DNA from: Okamejei kenojei
Taxonomy: Eukaryota
NCBI GenBank assembly: GCA_035221665.1
Contig: CM069155.1
Coordinates: 29,636,001 to 29,700,000, forward strand
DNA length: 64,000 bases
Direction of reading: 5' to 3'
Shown: positions 62,504 to 64,000 of the stretch, piece by piece
How the letters are laid out: every line of letters starts with the position of its first letter
Numbering within the stretch: the stretch's first letter is position 1
Program-made: the position numbers and the translations under genes
Notes under the pieces: generated by a model
The model's database searches: none
Told to the model about the DNA's origin: nothing
Seen by the model: only the letters and a program-made list of their open reading frames with translations

Positions 62504-62794
62504 GTAAGTAAACTATCTTCTACCTATGGTTTATTGATACAGCTATGATTTTTTTTTTTTTGTCGCTGATTGATGTTTCCATTAAAAGGCGTTTAAAGCT
62601 GATTTTTAAAGAATACCCGACTAAGATCGAATCTCCTTTGGCAAATTTGTTGACAACATCAATGAAAGGACGAAATGACTGTGCAGCTGTTATCTTTTTA
62701 TTTCTTAATTACTTTTCGGACGATGAGCTAACAATGACCAAGCCAGGGTACGAATAAAACCGACCGTATGGAAACGCGAATTGACAATAGAGTG

Positions 62795-63249
62795 ACAAGG
62801 AGTTTGTACGTTCTCCCCGTGACTGCGTGGGGTTTCTCCGAGATCTTCACTTTTCTCCCACGCTCCAAAGACGTACAGACGTGTACGTCTGTATACCAGA
62901 GATGCTGCCTGACCCACTGAGGCACTCCAATGCTTTTTGGGTGTTTTGTTTTGCAAATCAGCATCTGCAGTTCCTTGTCACTGAAGGGTCTCGACCCGAA
63001 ACGTCGCCTATCTCCTTCGCTCCTTAGATGCTGCTGCACCCGCTGAGTTTCTCCAGCCTTTTGTGTACCCACTCTAATGTGAATTCGCGTTTCCATACGG
63101 TCGGTTTTATTCGTACCCTGGCTTGGCTCGGTATAAATGTAAATTGTCCCTAGTGTGTGTAGGGTAGCGTTAATGTGCGGGGATCGCTGGTCGGTGCGGA
63201 TTCGGTGGGCCGAATGTCCTGTTTCCGCGCTGTATTTCTAAACTAAACC
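62795..63249 (+). mobile_element. V-SINE split by Penelope-tail/hammerhead modules and an inverted copy of upstream intron DNA
   Basis: V domain 62798-62880; CR1-type SINE tail 63127-63249 ending in (taaac)n; truncated core gaagggtctcgacccgaaacgtc at 62983-63005. Confidence 0.8.
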
Positions 63250-64000
63250 AAGAAGACACCTGAAGCTTCGGCATTAACGCGTTCGGATTTTAAAAACCCG
63301 TATTAAGCTTAATCACAAGCCTGGAACTGCTGCAACAATTCATGAGAGTTTATTGTATTTACCTTACTTTGTTTTCGATATCGAAAGAGTTCAACTAGAA
63401 AATATTACAATAAAATTAATTATCCGTGCAAGCGTTCGCCACCTTCTGCAAGTTCTTTCGTGCCCTTAGATTTTTTCCTAAACTAGCAGTATAGAATATA
63501 TTCTTGTAATGTTCGCGACCTGACAAGAGTTTTATGGCAAAGAATGAAACAGAGGAAATTAAACAAAATTATGATTTAGCCGAGTAATTAGAACAGTCCT
63601 CTTCATAGAAGTTAAGAAATATTATGTTAGTTTCACACGCTCACGAGTTGTCGGAATATAATTAGGCCGTTCGGCCCATCGAGTCTACTCCGCCATTCAA
63701 ACATGTCTGATCTCTTCCTCCTAATCTAATGTTTCCTGTCTTCTCCCCTTAACATCCATGCTAATCAAAACATTTTCTGAAATCACTGAATCTGCCTCAA
63801 AAATATCAACTGATTTTCAAATAAATCAAATCATATTTCGAGAGGACTAACTGCCAAATTTATTTTTATCCTGTGTTATACTTTTAAAGCTGCTTAAAAA
63901 TTGCCTGTATGCTTTTTTTGTAAGTGTTAAAGAATGACCAATATTTAGCCGGGATAACCATCGGAAGCAAACAATAACGCCGGGCAGCGACATTGGATTT

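Noticed and set aside
13232-63070. Recurrent ~30-bp hairpin repeats as a CRISPR-like array
   Set aside because: They are dispersed, on both strands, irregularly spaced and in eukaryotic DNA; explained by Penelope pLTR hammerhead modules.

Overview
Repeat-rich vertebrate genomic DNA, almost certainly from a cartilaginous fish and probably a skate or ray (inferred from the Ig gene architecture and the repeat families). The only host genes are a same-strand array of immunoglobulin light-chain mini-clusters of lambda-like (chondrichthyan type II) character. Each is leader exon, germline-joined VJ exon with no RSS, then one C exon. Cluster A (25206-27542) has a +1 homopolymer frameshift near the end of C. 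Cluster B (44798-47749) is intact. Cluster C starts at 61985 and its C exon is presumably beyond the window. An orphan C pseudo-exon lies at 34928-35213. The three V regions are divergent, have long variable CDR2 (10-12 aa) and share an 8-residue germline CDR3 pattern. The rest is mostly retroelements: a full-length L1 and a 5'-truncated L1 (both with clean TSDs), many CR1 copies, Penelope (RT + GIY-YIG) fragments, Rex1/Babar tails, V-SINEs and a Tc1 remnant. The main non-genic signals are: (1) about 20 copies of a Penelope-derived ~100-200 bp module with a minimal hammerhead ribozyme core (CTGAAGA-A-GGGTCTCGACCC-GAAACGTC), several inserted alone with 12-14 bp TSDs, as head-to-head palindromes, or with inverted duplication of flanking DNA; (2) paralogous non-coding blocks that record duplication and loss of clusters; (3) a possible decayed Crypton tyrosine recombinase interrupted by the full-length L1. 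All calls are by eye; no database search was run.
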